DNA of 64,000 nt from an uncultured Candidatus Rokubacteria bacterium (GTDB lineage: Bacteria > Methylomirabilota > Methylomirabilia > Rokubacteriales > CSP1-6). The translations under genes were made by a program, and so were the position numbers. The notes beneath the pieces are model-generated. The model did no database searches. It saw only the letters and a program-made list of their open reading frames with translations, and was not told the origin of the DNA. The DNA is taken from the NCBI GenBank assembly GCA_963721815.1, contig CAVRLO010000024.1, forward strand, positions 422,234 through 486,233, read 5' to 3'. This document shows, piece by piece, positions 19,138 to 28,933 of this stretch. Position 1 is the stretch's first letter. Every line of letters starts with the position of its first letter.

Positions 19138-19713
19138 CTACTTGGTCGCGAAGCAGTAGAAGAAGCCGTTGCCCCCGGTGCTCTTCAGATCGTTCTGGCT
19201 GCAGCCACCGTCGGGGCCGCGCGAGGGATGCGAGGAGTTCCAGGATTTCGACGCGTCGTCGTCGCGCAACCCCTGCCGGTCGTGGTGGCCGACCATCGCC
19301 GCGCCCTGGCCGCTCTTCGTCCAGTTGCCGCAGGTGCGATCCTCGGCGGCCGCGAACGCGGTGCCGTCGGGCTGCGAGCCCGTCAGGATGTCGTGCATGT
19401 TCGGCGTGTCGCCGCGCCCGTTCACCGGCTCGCCCTTCTCGGTCAGCGCGGTCTGCTTGGTGACGTTGTTCTGGCCGTGCAGCTCGGCCAGGCTCTTCGC
19501 GACGACGGCGCCTTTCGCGTTCTGCCAGGGGCCGCTGCCGATGCGGTCGCGCGCGTTGACGGCGCCGGGGTCCTGGGTGCTGAGATACGCACGCCAGGTC
19601 TTGCCGCCGGCGCCCGCCGCCTGAGCGAGCATCTGGCACTGCTTGTCCGCGCCGGCGAGGCCGCCGAGGTCCCCGCCCTTTCCGGAGCCGGCGCTGGTGA
19701 CGAAGAACGTCAT
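19138..19713 (-). CDS. hypothetical protein ('MTFFVTSAGSGKGGDLGGLAGAD' family); a likely signal peptide is encoded in the adjacent frame up to 19806 (possible frameshift)
   Basis: 'MSDRIALSILQALSLLSF' signal-peptide-like sequence ends one frame away from '..AHAQQAD-MTFFVTS'. Confidence 0.4.
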   Translation of the reverse strand: MTFFVTSAGSGKGGDLGGLAGADKQCQMLAQAAGAGGKTWRAYLSTQDPGAVNARDRIGSGPWQNAKGAVVAKSLAELHGQNNVTKQTALTEKGEPVNGRGDTPNMHDILTGSQPDGTAFAAAEDRTCGNWTKSGQGAAMVGHHDRQGLRDDDASKSWNSSHPSRGPDGGCSQNDLKSTGGNGFFYCFATK

Positions 19714-19815
19714 GTCCGCCTGCTGCGCGTGCGCGGCGCTGCCGAGCGAACGACAGCAGCGAGAGTGCCTGCAGGATCGACAGGGCGATTCGGTCGCTCA
19801 TCGTGAATCCTCCAA

Positions 19816-20283
19816 TCAAGTCGTAGCCGCGGCGCGCCTCGCCTCGCGCAGCCCGGCGAGGATCGCATCGCGATCGAGGCTCATTTCCATCAGCGCGACC
19901 TGGGCCTCGTACACGTCCGCCGGCACCTGGTCACGCACCTCGGGCTCGAACACGTGAAACACAGGGAGCCCCAACGGGACTCCGGCCAACGGGCCCGCGT
20001 AGGAAGGATCGCCGGCGACGACGGTCTGGGCGAGCGTCTGCGTGCTCTCGGCGTCGGGGGTCCCGAGCAGGACCACCACGCCGCTGCCGTGCTCGTCCGC
20101 GATTCGCTTCACCGCCGCTTGATCCTCCAGGCCCATGGCGCCCGCCGCCGTTCAGACGTAGCAAGCGGTCAGGGTCAGCACGACGTCGGCGCCAGCGCGG
20201 CTCGCGCATTCCGCGACCGCGGGGCCCGGCACGCCGTCGCGCTCGCCGAGCGCGATGACCTTCTTGCCTCGGAGATCCATCAT
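19816..20283 (-). CDS. grdA: glycine/sarcosine/betaine reductase complex selenoprotein A (GrdA); UGA (Sec) at 20152..20154
   Basis: '[61 protein letters not shown]' matches the GrdA CxxU context; ATG overlaps the GrdC-like stop (ATGATG/TGA). Confidence 0.8.
20152..20154 (-). other. in-frame UGA, predicted selenocysteine codon of GrdA
   Basis: conserved position 44 in the 'CYVU' motif. Confidence 0.75.
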
Positions 20284-21734
20284 GTCGCTCCTTTCGCTCC
20301 GTTGCGCTCCAGGACGAGCGAGAGCCCGTCGGGGAGCTGCGTCATCCGTCCAAGAAACAGACTACCCTTGCCCGCGAACATCGTGCGGGTGAGGCGGCCC
20401 TCCGTGAGCCCGCGCCGCGCGTGGCCGAGGTACGGGATCGCCGAGGCGATGTGCCCCTGGGTCGGCGAGAATCCCGGCATGCCGCGCGTACGAACGAAAT
20501 CGTCGATGCCCTCGCGAGCGATCAGCTTCTCGACGACGGCCAGGCTCGCCAGGGTCCGGTAGTTGTTGAGCGGGACGTTGCCGCTGCCGGCGGGCTCGGT
20601 CGCTTCGGGGTTGTGCAGCTCGAGCGAGAAGCGGTCGACGTCGAGCAACGTGAGGCCGACCCGCCCGAGCGGCTCGCTGTAGAGCGATTTCACCACCGCG
20701 AGCGGGGCGGAGCCCGAGCCGACCTCGTGGCGGCCGATCGCGTCGAGCCGCAGGGTGGGCGAGACGCCGTCGTCGCGCGAGACGTGAACGGCGAAGCCGG
20801 CCAGGACGTCCTCGACGATCGGCATCGCGTGCTTCAGGTGGCCCTGGAACTTCATCCCCAGCTTGGCCAGCGAGCCGCCCGCCACCACGACCACGTCGTC
20901 GTGCAGGCCGCTGCGGACGAGCGCGCCGGCCAGCATCAGCGCGTGCATCGGCCCGCAGCAAAACGCCTTGATGTCGCTGCCGGTCGCGCGCGCGCAGCCG
21001 GCCCACTCCGCGACCGCCTTGGCGACGTTGCCGCCGCCCCGCTGATAGCGGTCGCCGACCGCCTCCTCACCGCAGTTCATGACGTAGCGCACGTCGGCGG
21101 CGGCGATCGCGCCGGGGCGCGCGAGCAGGTGACGCAGCGCCATCGCCGCGGTCGCCTTGCACGCGAGGTTCTCCAGCAGGACCTGGCCGGTCAAGGTGTC
21201 GTCCTCGTCGTGGCCCGGCAGCATGGCACCCAGGAGCCGTCCGTCCACCCCGACGATCGGCAGCGCCCGATGCCTCGCGATGCGCTCGTCGAGCAGGGCC
21301 TCGGTGACCCCGGCGCGCACCGGAGGGCGGCCGGACTCGCGACCAACTATGGGATGCGCGTCGAGCGCCGCGCGCGCGCGGTCGGCCAGGTCACGCTCGA
21401 GGGCCAAAAGGTCGAAGCCATCCGAGGCCGCCAGCAGGCCGAAGAACTCGTGCTCGGGCATGATCTCGCCGTCGGGCCCGAAGCGGCTCGCGGCTTCGAT
21501 GGGATGGCGATGCCACGGGACCGGCCGGGCGGCGAGGTCGTCCACGCCGACATTGCCGATGAATACCTGATTGGGCGCGTAGGTGCGCGCGGCGTCCCAG
21601 TCGCGCAGATGGGGCCGCAAGTACTCGATCGGTTTCTCGACCTCGCGCAGCACGCGCAGCGGCTTCGAGCCCAGGCGCACGAGGCTCGGCACGTGCGCCA
21701 GCACGAGGGAGACCGCGCGGACAACGGGCATGTC
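20280..21734 (-). CDS. GrdC-like protein (glycine reductase complex component C beta-subunit-like, thiolase/FabH-fold)
   Basis: ~485 aa; coupled to grdA; start chosen at '[18 protein letters not shown]' (ORF runs to 21767). Confidence 0.55.
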   Translation of the reverse strand, partial: DMPVVRAVSLVLAHVPSLVRLGSKPLRVLREVEKPIEYLRPHLRDWDAARTYAPNQVFIGNVGVDDLAARPVPWHRHPIEAASRFGPDGEIMPEHEFFGLLAASDGFDLLALERDLADRARAALDAHPIVGRESGRPPVRAGVTEALLDERIARHRALPIVGVDGRLLGAMLPGHDEDDTLTGQVLLENLACKATAAMALRHLLARPGAIAAADVRYVMNCGEEAVGDRYQRGGGNVAKAVAEWAGCARATGSDIKAFCCGPMHALMLAGALVRSGLHDDVVVVAGGSLAKLGMKFQGHLKHAMPIVEDVLAGFAVHVSRDDGVSPTLRLDAIGRHEVGSGSAPLAVVKSLYSEPLGRVGLTLLDVDRFSLELHNPEATEPAGSGNVPLNNYRTLASLAVVEKLIAREGIDDFVRTRGMPGFSPTQGHIASAIPYLGHARRGLTEGRLTRTMFAGKGSLFLGRMTQLPDGLSLVLERNGAKGAT

Positions 21735-21763
21735 GCTCGAAGGCATGCGAGTCACGCGAGGCA

Positions 21764-22629
21764 TCATACCCTCTGGCCGGCTCGCAGCGCACGGTAGCGG
21801 GCAGGCGTGAGGCCAAAAGCCGATTTGAACGTTCGGGTGAGGTGCGCCTGGTCGGCGAAGCCCACCTCGTACGCGACCTCGATCAGCGGACGCCCGCGAT
21901 GAATCAGCTCGCGCGCGGCATCGAGGCGGCGCATGAGCAGATACCGGTAAGGGCTCGTGCCGAACATGAGCCTGAACTGGCGGGCCAGGTCGTAGCGGGT
22001 CAATCCCGTGACCGACTCCAGCTCGTCCGAGCGAACCACGCGCGTTTTCGCGGCGTCCAGAAACCGGCGCGCGCGCTCGGCGGCGACGGCGTCGACCCGT
22101 CTCGAGGCCCCGGGAGGTTCCCCTGCGTGCTCCGCGGCGAGCAGGCCGTCGGCCAGATCGACGACGAGACTGGTCGCCGCCAGCGATTCCAGCGGGAGCC
22201 GGAAGGCGGCGTCGAGCGCGCGGGCCAACCGGGTGTTCGCGGACACCGGGTCACGTACGAACGGCAACGGACCGGGACGTCCACGGAGGGTCCGCACCGC
22301 CTCGGCCAGGTGGGCGGGCTCGACGTAGACGATGCGGTATCCGAACCCCTCCTCGGTGCCCGCGCGGCCGTCGTGGGCTTCGTCGGGGTAGAGCACGACG
22401 ATCTGTCCCGGGGTACTGACCCGTGTGGCGCCCCGGTAGTCGAAGACTTGGGCTCCGCGGTCGGTCAGGCCGATCGCGTACGTGTCGTGGCGGTGCTTCT
22501 GGTAGGCGACGCCGCCGAACCAGGCGCGAAACAGCTCGACGCCCTCGGCCGGGTTCGTGCTGGTGACCCAGCTTCGGGTCGCGCGCGTGCACGATCGTTC
22601 AAGACCCTCGCCGCCCGATGTGGTCTCCT
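21764..22629 (-). CDS. AraC-family transcriptional regulator (cupin N-domain + HTH)
   Basis: C-terminal 'YRYLLMRRLDAARELI...EVAYEVGFADQAHLTRTFKSAFGLTPARYR'; GTG start proposed at 22629. Confidence 0.6.
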
Positions 22630-22649
22630 GGATGCGCACTGGAGACAGA

Positions 22650-23248
22650 GTACGACTACAGAGCAGCTCGCCGCGTTCCTTCTGTTCGCCGTGGTGGCCG
22701 CGGTCACACCCGGACCCAGCAACGTCATGGTGATGGCCGCCGGCGCGAATGCCGGCCTCGTGAAAGGGCTTCCGTGCCTCCTCGGTGTCGCGACCGGCAT
22801 GGGGCTCATGATGTTCCTGGTGCCGCTCGGGCTGGGGAGCGTCGTGCTCCAGCATCCCATCGGGATGAAGGCGCTCAACTGGGGCGGCGCCGGCTATCTA
22901 CTCTGGCTCTCGTGGAAGATCGCAACCGCGAGGGGTATCGAATCGGCTCCCGGGTCGCGGACGGTCGGCTATCTTCAGGCCGCGGCGTTTCAGTGGGTCA
23001 ACCCAAAGGCGTGGCTCGTGAGCGCGAGCGCCGCGGGAACGTTTCTCAGCGCGCAGGCGGGCAGCCCGGCCGTGCAGTCCGTCTATCTCGGCGGGCTCTT
23101 CTTCCTGGCGGCACTGCCGAGCGGCTTTGTCTGGCTGGCGTTCGGGGCCACGATCCAACGCTTTCTCGGGAGCCCACGGAGACTCAGGATCTTCAACGTC
23201 GCGATGGGGGCCCTCCTCGCCGTCTCGATCGCCCTCATCGTCGCGTAG
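22650..23248 (+). CDS. LysE/RhtB-family amino-acid exporter (start codon unresolved)
   Basis: 'FLLFAVVAAVTPGPSNVMVMAAG' LysE N-terminus; no canonical start in frame upstream; divergent from the AraC gene. Confidence 0.55.
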
Positions 23249-23263
23249 ACCAGTCTGCGCGCG

Positions 23264-23944
23264 CTACCGGCTCCCCACCGGGCTTTGGCCGGCGATCTGC
23301 GCCGTCTCGGGCGACAGCGGAATCACACCGCCGGGCTCGCCGGCCAGGATCCAGTCGATGAGCAGGCGATAGCGATCCGTCGGCACGGCGCCCACCAGCG
23401 AGAGCTTCTCGTTGAGGACGACGGTCGGCAGGCCCGACACGCCGAACCACGCGGCGCCCTCGGCGCAGTCGCGCAGCACGGCTTCGTAGGCCTCGCCGGC
23501 GTAGTCGGCCTCGAAGCGCGTCGGATCGAGCGCCGTTTCGCGGATGAGGCTGCGCAGCACCTCCGGGCGCGAGATGTCGAGGTTGTCGCGGAAGTGCGCG
23601 GTGAAGAGCCGCTCGTGGAATCGCTCGAACGCCGCGTCACCCTGGAGCTCGGCGCACTTGGCGGCCGTCAGCGCCGGCACGCTCGAGGACGGCAGCGGCG
23701 TGTCGATCTCCGGCGGCACGAAGACGGCGCGAGGCTCCTCGGCGCCGACGCGCTGCCGCCCTTCGCGCGTCTTCTGGGTGACGCGCCGGTCGGGCTGCTC
23801 GCCCGGGATCAGCGGGAAGGTCCGCCAGTGGAGCCGGATACGATCGCCGTAGGTCTGCTGGATCTCGCGCAGGCGCACCGCGGCGTTGTAACACCAGGGA
23901 CACAAGTAGTCAGAGAAGACGTCCACGCGGACCGGCGCGGTCAT
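23264..23944 (-). CDS. DsbA-like (FrnE-type) thioredoxin-fold oxidoreductase with CPWC motif
   Basis: 'VDVFSDYLCPWCY'; ATG overlaps the GrdB-like stop (ATGA). Confidence 0.7.
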   Translation of the reverse strand: MTAPVRVDVFSDYLCPWCYNAAVRLREIQQTYGDRIRLHWRTFPLIPGEQPDRRVTQKTREGRQRVGAEEPRAVFVPPEIDTPLPSSSVPALTAAKCAELQGDAAFERFHERLFTAHFRDNLDISRPEVLRSLIRETALDPTRFEADYAGEAYEAVLRDCAEGAAWFGVSGLPTVVLNEKLSLVGAVPTDRYRLLIDWILAGEPGGVIPLSPETAQIAGQSPVGSR

Positions 23945-25264
23945 TCGCGCGTGAACACCGTGGGCCGCGCCACCTCGGTGCGCAGCGCCTGGAGCGCCTG
24001 CTCGACGATGCGCCGCCGCAGCGCCTTCTCGTCCTCGGGCGAAAGATCCGCGCTGCCCAGGGGATGGATGATCCCCGCGGCCGACACGATGCGATTGGCG
24101 CCGACCATCACCGCCACCGGCGTCATGGTCGAGACCTGCACCGTCGGTAACCCCGCGCGCTCGAGCTCTCGCGTGATCGCTGCGCCGCAGCGAGTGCTCG
24201 TCCCTCAGGTGGAGGTGAGGATGACGGCGTCGACGCCGGCGGCGCGCAGCTTCTCCGCGATCTCCCGCCCCATGCGCGCGCTCTGGGCCAGGGTGGTCGC
24301 GACGCCGACGGTCGAATAGACCGTCTCGTGGAGCTTGCCGATCGCGCCGCTCTGCTCGAGCTCGCGCGCGACGTCCACGGGCACCAGCCGATGCGGATCC
24401 TGCTTTACCCACGTGGTGTCGTAGCCGCGATGCGGATTGTCGTACTGGGTCGCGTCGAGGCTCGACTTGCCCTCGATGCTGTAGGCGCCGTAGCGGGTCG
24501 CGTTCAGGGCCTCGATCCCGTCGGGGTTGCCTTGCGGGACGAGACCGCCGTCGGTGACGAGCGCGATCGTCGCGCCCTCGAGCGTCTTGATGAGCCGCGG
24601 CGCCGCGACGGGCGGGAACGCCGGCCTCGGCACCTCCGTCGCGAAGGCCCGGCCGCCGAGCTTGTCGAGCAGCATGGCCACGGCGCGATCGGCGGCGCTG
24701 GCGCCGGCGACGACGTTGCGGGTGACGCCACGGGCGAAGTAGCCGTGAGCGGCCGGGCTGCCGAGCGCCTCGCCGCGCGCGAGCTTCAATCCGAGCCCCA
24801 CGAGCCGCTGCACCTCCGGGAGCATCCGCGTGGCTTCCGCGCCGGTCTGGACGACGTAGACCTGGCGGCGATAGAGCTCGACGCCGGGATTCTCGGCGTG
24901 CATGCCGGTCACGGTCGGAATCTTCAGCTCGGCTTGCACCGCGGCGCAGAGCGCGCCGCACGCGACGCCGTAGCGGCCGGCCAGGAACGCCGGGCCCGGC
25001 CACCAGGAGATCGGGCCGCGCCGCGGCCACCAGGCGCACCAGCTCGGCGGTCGCGCGCTCGGCCTGCTCGGCCGCGTAGTTGTCGCCGCAGATCACCGTC
25101 GCGACGACCGTGCCCGCGTCGCCGAGCGCCTGCTGGACGGCGCGCGCGGCCCCGACGGCCCCGTCCGCGACCTGGGGCCCGACGCCGGCCTTCTCCTCGC
25201 CGCCGAGCTGGCCGAAGAACTGGTTGAGGTAGCAGACGACTCGCAACGTCTCGGCCGCCATCAC
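23941..25264 (-). CDS. GrdB-like selenoprotein (glycine/sarcosine/betaine reductase component B family), paralog 1; UGA (Sec) at 24205..24207; apparent +1 frameshift near 24990
   Basis: N-terminus 'LRVVCYLNQFFGQLGGEEKAG' (ORF 23264..25264 frame); middle 'AFLAGRYGVACG...GVDAVILTST' then TGA then 'GTSTRCGAAITRELERAGLPTVQVSTMTPVAVMVGANRIV' (ORFs 24205..24939 and 23941..24141 share a frame). Confidence 0.7.
24205..24207 (-). other. in-frame UGA, predicted selenocysteine codon of GrdB-like paralog 1
   Basis: 'ILTST-U-GTSTRC' context; CGCTGC-GGC-GCAGCG hairpin downstream. Confidence 0.7.
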
Positions 25265-26523
25265 CGCACCTCCGCCATCACTCTGGTTGTCCCGACCTGC
25301 TCGATCGCGCCGCAGAGCCCGCCGTACGTGACGCGAGTCTCGCCCAGGAGCTTCGGCGCCAGATCATCGGCGCCGATCACACGGTCCATCGCCGGCAAGG
25401 TGAGCGGCTCCTGGCTGCTCCCGACGTTCACGAGCGCGTCGACCCCTGGAAAATCGAAGAGCAGCATGCCCTCGGCGCTGCCGTCGGTCGACATGTCCTC
25501 GACGACCGCCGTCGTCTTCACGCCCAGCGCCTCGCACTGCGAGGCCGCCTGCGCCATGTCGACGTGCGGGGCGCCGCCGCCGATCTTGGTGAGGACGGCG
25601 CCGTCGGCGCCGAGCGTGTGCGCGACGAGCCCGGCGGTGAGGAACGCCGAGCGTACGCGCTCGGGCTCGGTCGCCTGCGCGACGGTGACGACCACGCCCG
25701 CGAACCAGAGCGTGCGGCCGTGCTGCGCGTAGAGCGCCCTGATCATCGGATGATTCTGGGTCGCCCACGTGGTCACGCTGCGGCCCATGAAGCCCCGGAG
25801 CACGGCGCCGTCGAGGACTTCGTTCGGGTGCACGATCGTCGGCAGCATGCGACGCACCGGATCGCCGTAGAGGATTCCCTCGTCGAGGCCCGTCGGGCGC
25901 TGGTGCGAGTGGATCTGGAAGACGTAGGCCACGCGCGGCAGATGCGCGAGCTCGGCGGGAACGCGCGGCGAGGGCGGCAGCTCGAACACCTCCACCCGAT
26001 CGGGCGCGGCCTCGTGCGCGGCCCGGGCGAGGTGCACCGCGGCCTTCAGCGCGGCGAGCCGCACGGCGGCCAGATAGTCGGAGCGCTCGGTGCCCGGCGA
26101 GGGCCAGGCCGAAATTACGAGGTTGTGCGTGCGGCCGAACGCCGAGAGCGCCGCGTTGGGGCCGGCCATGTCGATCACGGCCAAGGTGCCGACGTTGTCC
26201 GTCTGCTGATCCGTCGCGACGACCGCCACGCCGGCCAGCGCCGTCGTCCGCCCGTGGCCGGCGCGCCCGACGCCGCCCAGGACGCCCGGGAAATCCTCGC
26301 CGCCGTCGACCTTCGCCCGCGGCGCGATCACGTCGAACACCCGACCGATGCGGCAGCGCTCGCCCGGATGCGCGAGGTCGAGGCGAATCCGGGCGAGGCG
26401 CGAGTCGGCGGACAGGAGCTCGCGCAGCTCGTCGAGATCGACCTCGAGCCGCTTGCCCACCAGACGCGTGACGGGCGCGGCCACGAGGGCGTCCACGTCG
26501 GACCAGCGTAGCTCGAGTCGCAT
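25261..26523 (-). CDS. GrdE-like proprotein (component B alpha/beta subunit family), paralog 1
   Basis: 420 aa from 'MRLELRW'; homologous to the 41055..42395 product; the longer ORF extension to 27126 is an artifact. Confidence 0.6.
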   Translation of the reverse strand: MRLELRWSDVDALVAAPVTRLVGKRLEVDLDELRELLSADSRLARIRLDLAHPGERCRIGRVFDVIAPRAKVDGGEDFPGVLGGVGRAGHGRTTALAGVAVVATDQQTDNVGTLAVIDMAGPNAALSAFGRTHNLVISAWPSPGTERSDYLAAVRLAALKAAVHLARAAHEAAPDRVEVFELPPSPRVPAELAHLPRVAYVFQIHSHQRPTGLDEGILYGDPVRRMLPTIVHPNEVLDGAVLRGFMGRSVTTWATQNHPMIRALYAQHGRTLWFAGVVVTVAQATEPERVRSAFLTAGLVAHTLGADGAVLTKIGGGAPHVDMAQAASQCEALGVKTTAVVEDMSTDGSAEGMLLFDFPGVDALVNVGSSQEPLTLPAMDRVIGADDLAPKLLGETRVTYGGLCGAIEQVGTTRVMAEVR

Positions 26524-26531
26524 GGCGGCGG

Positions 26532-27509
26532 CTACGCGAGCAGGCTGCGCAGCTCGGGGACGACCCAGAGCGGCGACCGCCCGGCTTCCATGCGCTGGAT
26601 GTTGTCGAAGCCGTTTCGATATGCCTTCGTCCAGTTGTCCCACGTCGGTCCGGCGCTGTGCGGCGTGAGCGTGACGTTCGGCAGCGAGAACAGCGGGTGA
26701 TTCTGCTTGGGCGGCTCTTCGACCATCACGTCGAGGCCGGCGGCGGCGATCGTGCCCGACGTGAGCGCCCGGTGCAGCGCGTCCTCGTCGACGACCGGGC
26801 CGCGGCAGGTGTTGATGAGGATCGCGCTCTTCTTCATCATCCCGAGCTCGCGCGTCGAGATCATCTTGCGGGTGACGTCGTTCAGGGGCACATGCAGGGT
26901 CACCACGTCGGACGTGCGGAGCAGCTCGGTGAACAAGGTGAAGCGCACGCCGAGCGCGTCTTCCTGGTCCTCGGTGAGCCGGAGGATGTCGTAGTAGCGC
27001 ACGTCCATGTCGAAGCCCTGGACGCGTCGCGCGACCTTCTTGCCGATGTTGCCGAGGCCGACGATGCCCAGGCGCTTGCCCTCGACCTCGTAGGTGCGGT
27101 TCTCGGCGAAGTCGGCGACGCGCCACTTGCCGGCGGCGACGTTGTTGTGGTGGTACACGAGCTTCTTGAGCACGGCGAGCATGAGCATGACGGCGTGCTC
27201 GGCGACGGCCACCGAGTTGGCGCCGCCGTTGTTGGCGACGGGGACCTTGGCCTTGCGCGCGGCCTCGACGTCGACCCGGTCGTAGCCCGCGCTGGTCAGC
27301 TGGATCAGCTTGAGCTTGGGCGCGGCGCGGAAGAACTCGTTGCCGATGCCGGTGCGCGGCGAGCCCAGATAGTACTCGGCGTCGGCGGCCTTGTCGTAGA
27401 ACTCGGGCTTACCCGGATCGACGACGACCAGCTCCATGCCGGGCGGGAGCAGCTCGCGCGCGATGTCCATGACCGGGGCGGGTTGGGGCGGCGTGAGGAT
27501 CTTGGTCAC
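26532..27509 (-). CDS. D-isomer-specific 2-hydroxyacid dehydrogenase (NAD-binding)
   Basis: 'GIVGLGNIGKKVARR' Rossmann motif; 325 aa; first gene of the grdE/grdB-like operon. Confidence 0.8.
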   Translation of the reverse strand: MTKILTPPQPAPVMDIARELLPPGMELVVVDPGKPEFYDKAADAEYYLGSPRTGIGNEFFRAAPKLKLIQLTSAGYDRVDVEAARKAKVPVANNGGANSVAVAEHAVMLMLAVLKKLVYHHNNVAAGKWRVADFAENRTYEVEGKRLGIVGLGNIGKKVARRVQGFDMDVRYYDILRLTEDQEDALGVRFTLFTELLRTSDVVTLHVPLNDVTRKMISTRELGMMKKSAILINTCRGPVVDEDALHRALTSGTIAAAGLDVMVEEPPKQNHPLFSLPNVTLTPHSAGPTWDNWTKAYRNGFDNIQRMEAGRSPLWVVPELRSLLA

Positions 27510-27568
27510 GATCTCCTCCTGAGGATTGGGTGCCGAGCCGCCAGTAGTATAGTCGCTTCGACAACCCC

Positions 27569-28904
27569 ATGGCCGACGAGGACTCCTCGGATCTCGGCGC
27601 CCGCGCGCGGCTGGAGGCGGCCTTCGCGCGGGAGGAGCGCCGCGGATTGATGCTCGCCGCCGCGGCGCGCTCGGCGGCGGTGGCGGTGATCATCGTCTGG
27701 CTCGCGCTGGCGAACCCCGACACCGGCCGGGCCTATCTGTGGACCCTCGGCACGGCGTGCTTCCTTCTCGTCACCGGCCTGGCGCAGTTCTGGCTCTACT
27801 GGCGACAGCTGGCGCCTCCGATCGTTCCCTACGCCTTCGTCCTCGTCGACTCGCTGGCGCTGGCGGCGGCCATCCTCCTTCCGAATCCGTTCGACACGAT
27901 GAACCTGCCGCCGGCCCTGCCGCTGCGGTACGCCTCCTTCATGTACTTCTTCGTCCTCCTCATGCAGGCCGCCTTCTCGTTCCGGCCGCGACTGCTGCTC
28001 TGGACGGGGTTGAGCGGCGTCGTCGCCTGGACGCTCGGCTTTCTCTGGATCGTCACCCGGCCCGAGACCATCGTCCTTCCGGGCCGCGGCCGCGCCGCCC
28101 AGCTCCCCGTGTACTTCGATCGCAACTTCGCCTCGCTGATCAAGTTCGAGAACGAGATCATCGTGTTCTTACTGGTGAGCGCCGGGCTGGCGCTCCTCGT
28201 CCGGCGCTCGCGCTCGCTAGTGGCCGAGCGGGCGGCGGCCGAGCGCGCCCGCGGCAACCTGGCCCGTTACTTCTCGCCCAAGGTCGTGGACACCCTGGCC
28301 GAGCGCGACGAGCCGCTGGGCCGCGTGCGCCGCCAGGCGGTCGGCGTGCTCTTCGCCGATCTCGTGGGGTTCACGACCATGGCCGAGGACATGACCCCTG
28401 AAGAGGTCATGGCGTTGCTGCGCGATTTCCACGGCCGGATGGAAGAGGTGGTGTTTCGCCACAACGGCTGCCTGGAGAAGTTCATCGGCGACGCCCTGCT
28501 GGCGACGTTCGGTGTCCCCGAGATCGGCCCGCGCGACGCCACCGACACGCTCGCCTGCGCGCGCGCCATGCTGGCCGCGCTGCATGCGTGGAATCAGGAG
28601 CGGACGGCGGCTGGGCTATCGGGTCTGCACATGGGGCTCGGCCTGCATTACGGCCAGGTGGTAGCCGGCGACATCGGCAGCCGACGGAGCATGGCCTTCG
28701 CGACGGTGGGCGACACCACCAACGTCACCAGCCGCCTGCAGGCGCTCACCCGGGACTTGCGCACGAGCATCGTGGCCAGCGGCGCGCTCGTCGCCGCCAT
28801 CGAGCGGGAGGCCGCCGACGTGAAGCTGCTCGCAGGGACTGACCTCCCGCGGCCCGCACGCCCTGCGCGGGCGCGACACGCTCATCGAGCTGTGGGCGGA
28901 GTGA
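27569..28904 (+). CDS. membrane-anchored class III adenylate/guanylate cyclase; apparent frameshift near 28850
   Basis: multiple TM segments then 'VLFADLVGFTTMAE...FIGDALLATFG'; native C-terminus 'HALRGRDTLIELWAE*' lies in another frame. Confidence 0.65.
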
Positions 28905-28933
28905 GGGAAGCTCTGTCCGGGGGAGGAGCTGCC

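Noticed and set aside
25261-27126. 621 aa ORF suggesting a much longer GrdE-like protein
   Set aside because: The N-terminal 200 codons are an Arg-rich alternative frame of the 2-hydroxyacid dehydrogenase gene. The GrdE-like start at 'MRLELRW' (26523) matches the paralog start 'MRLEMGTF'.
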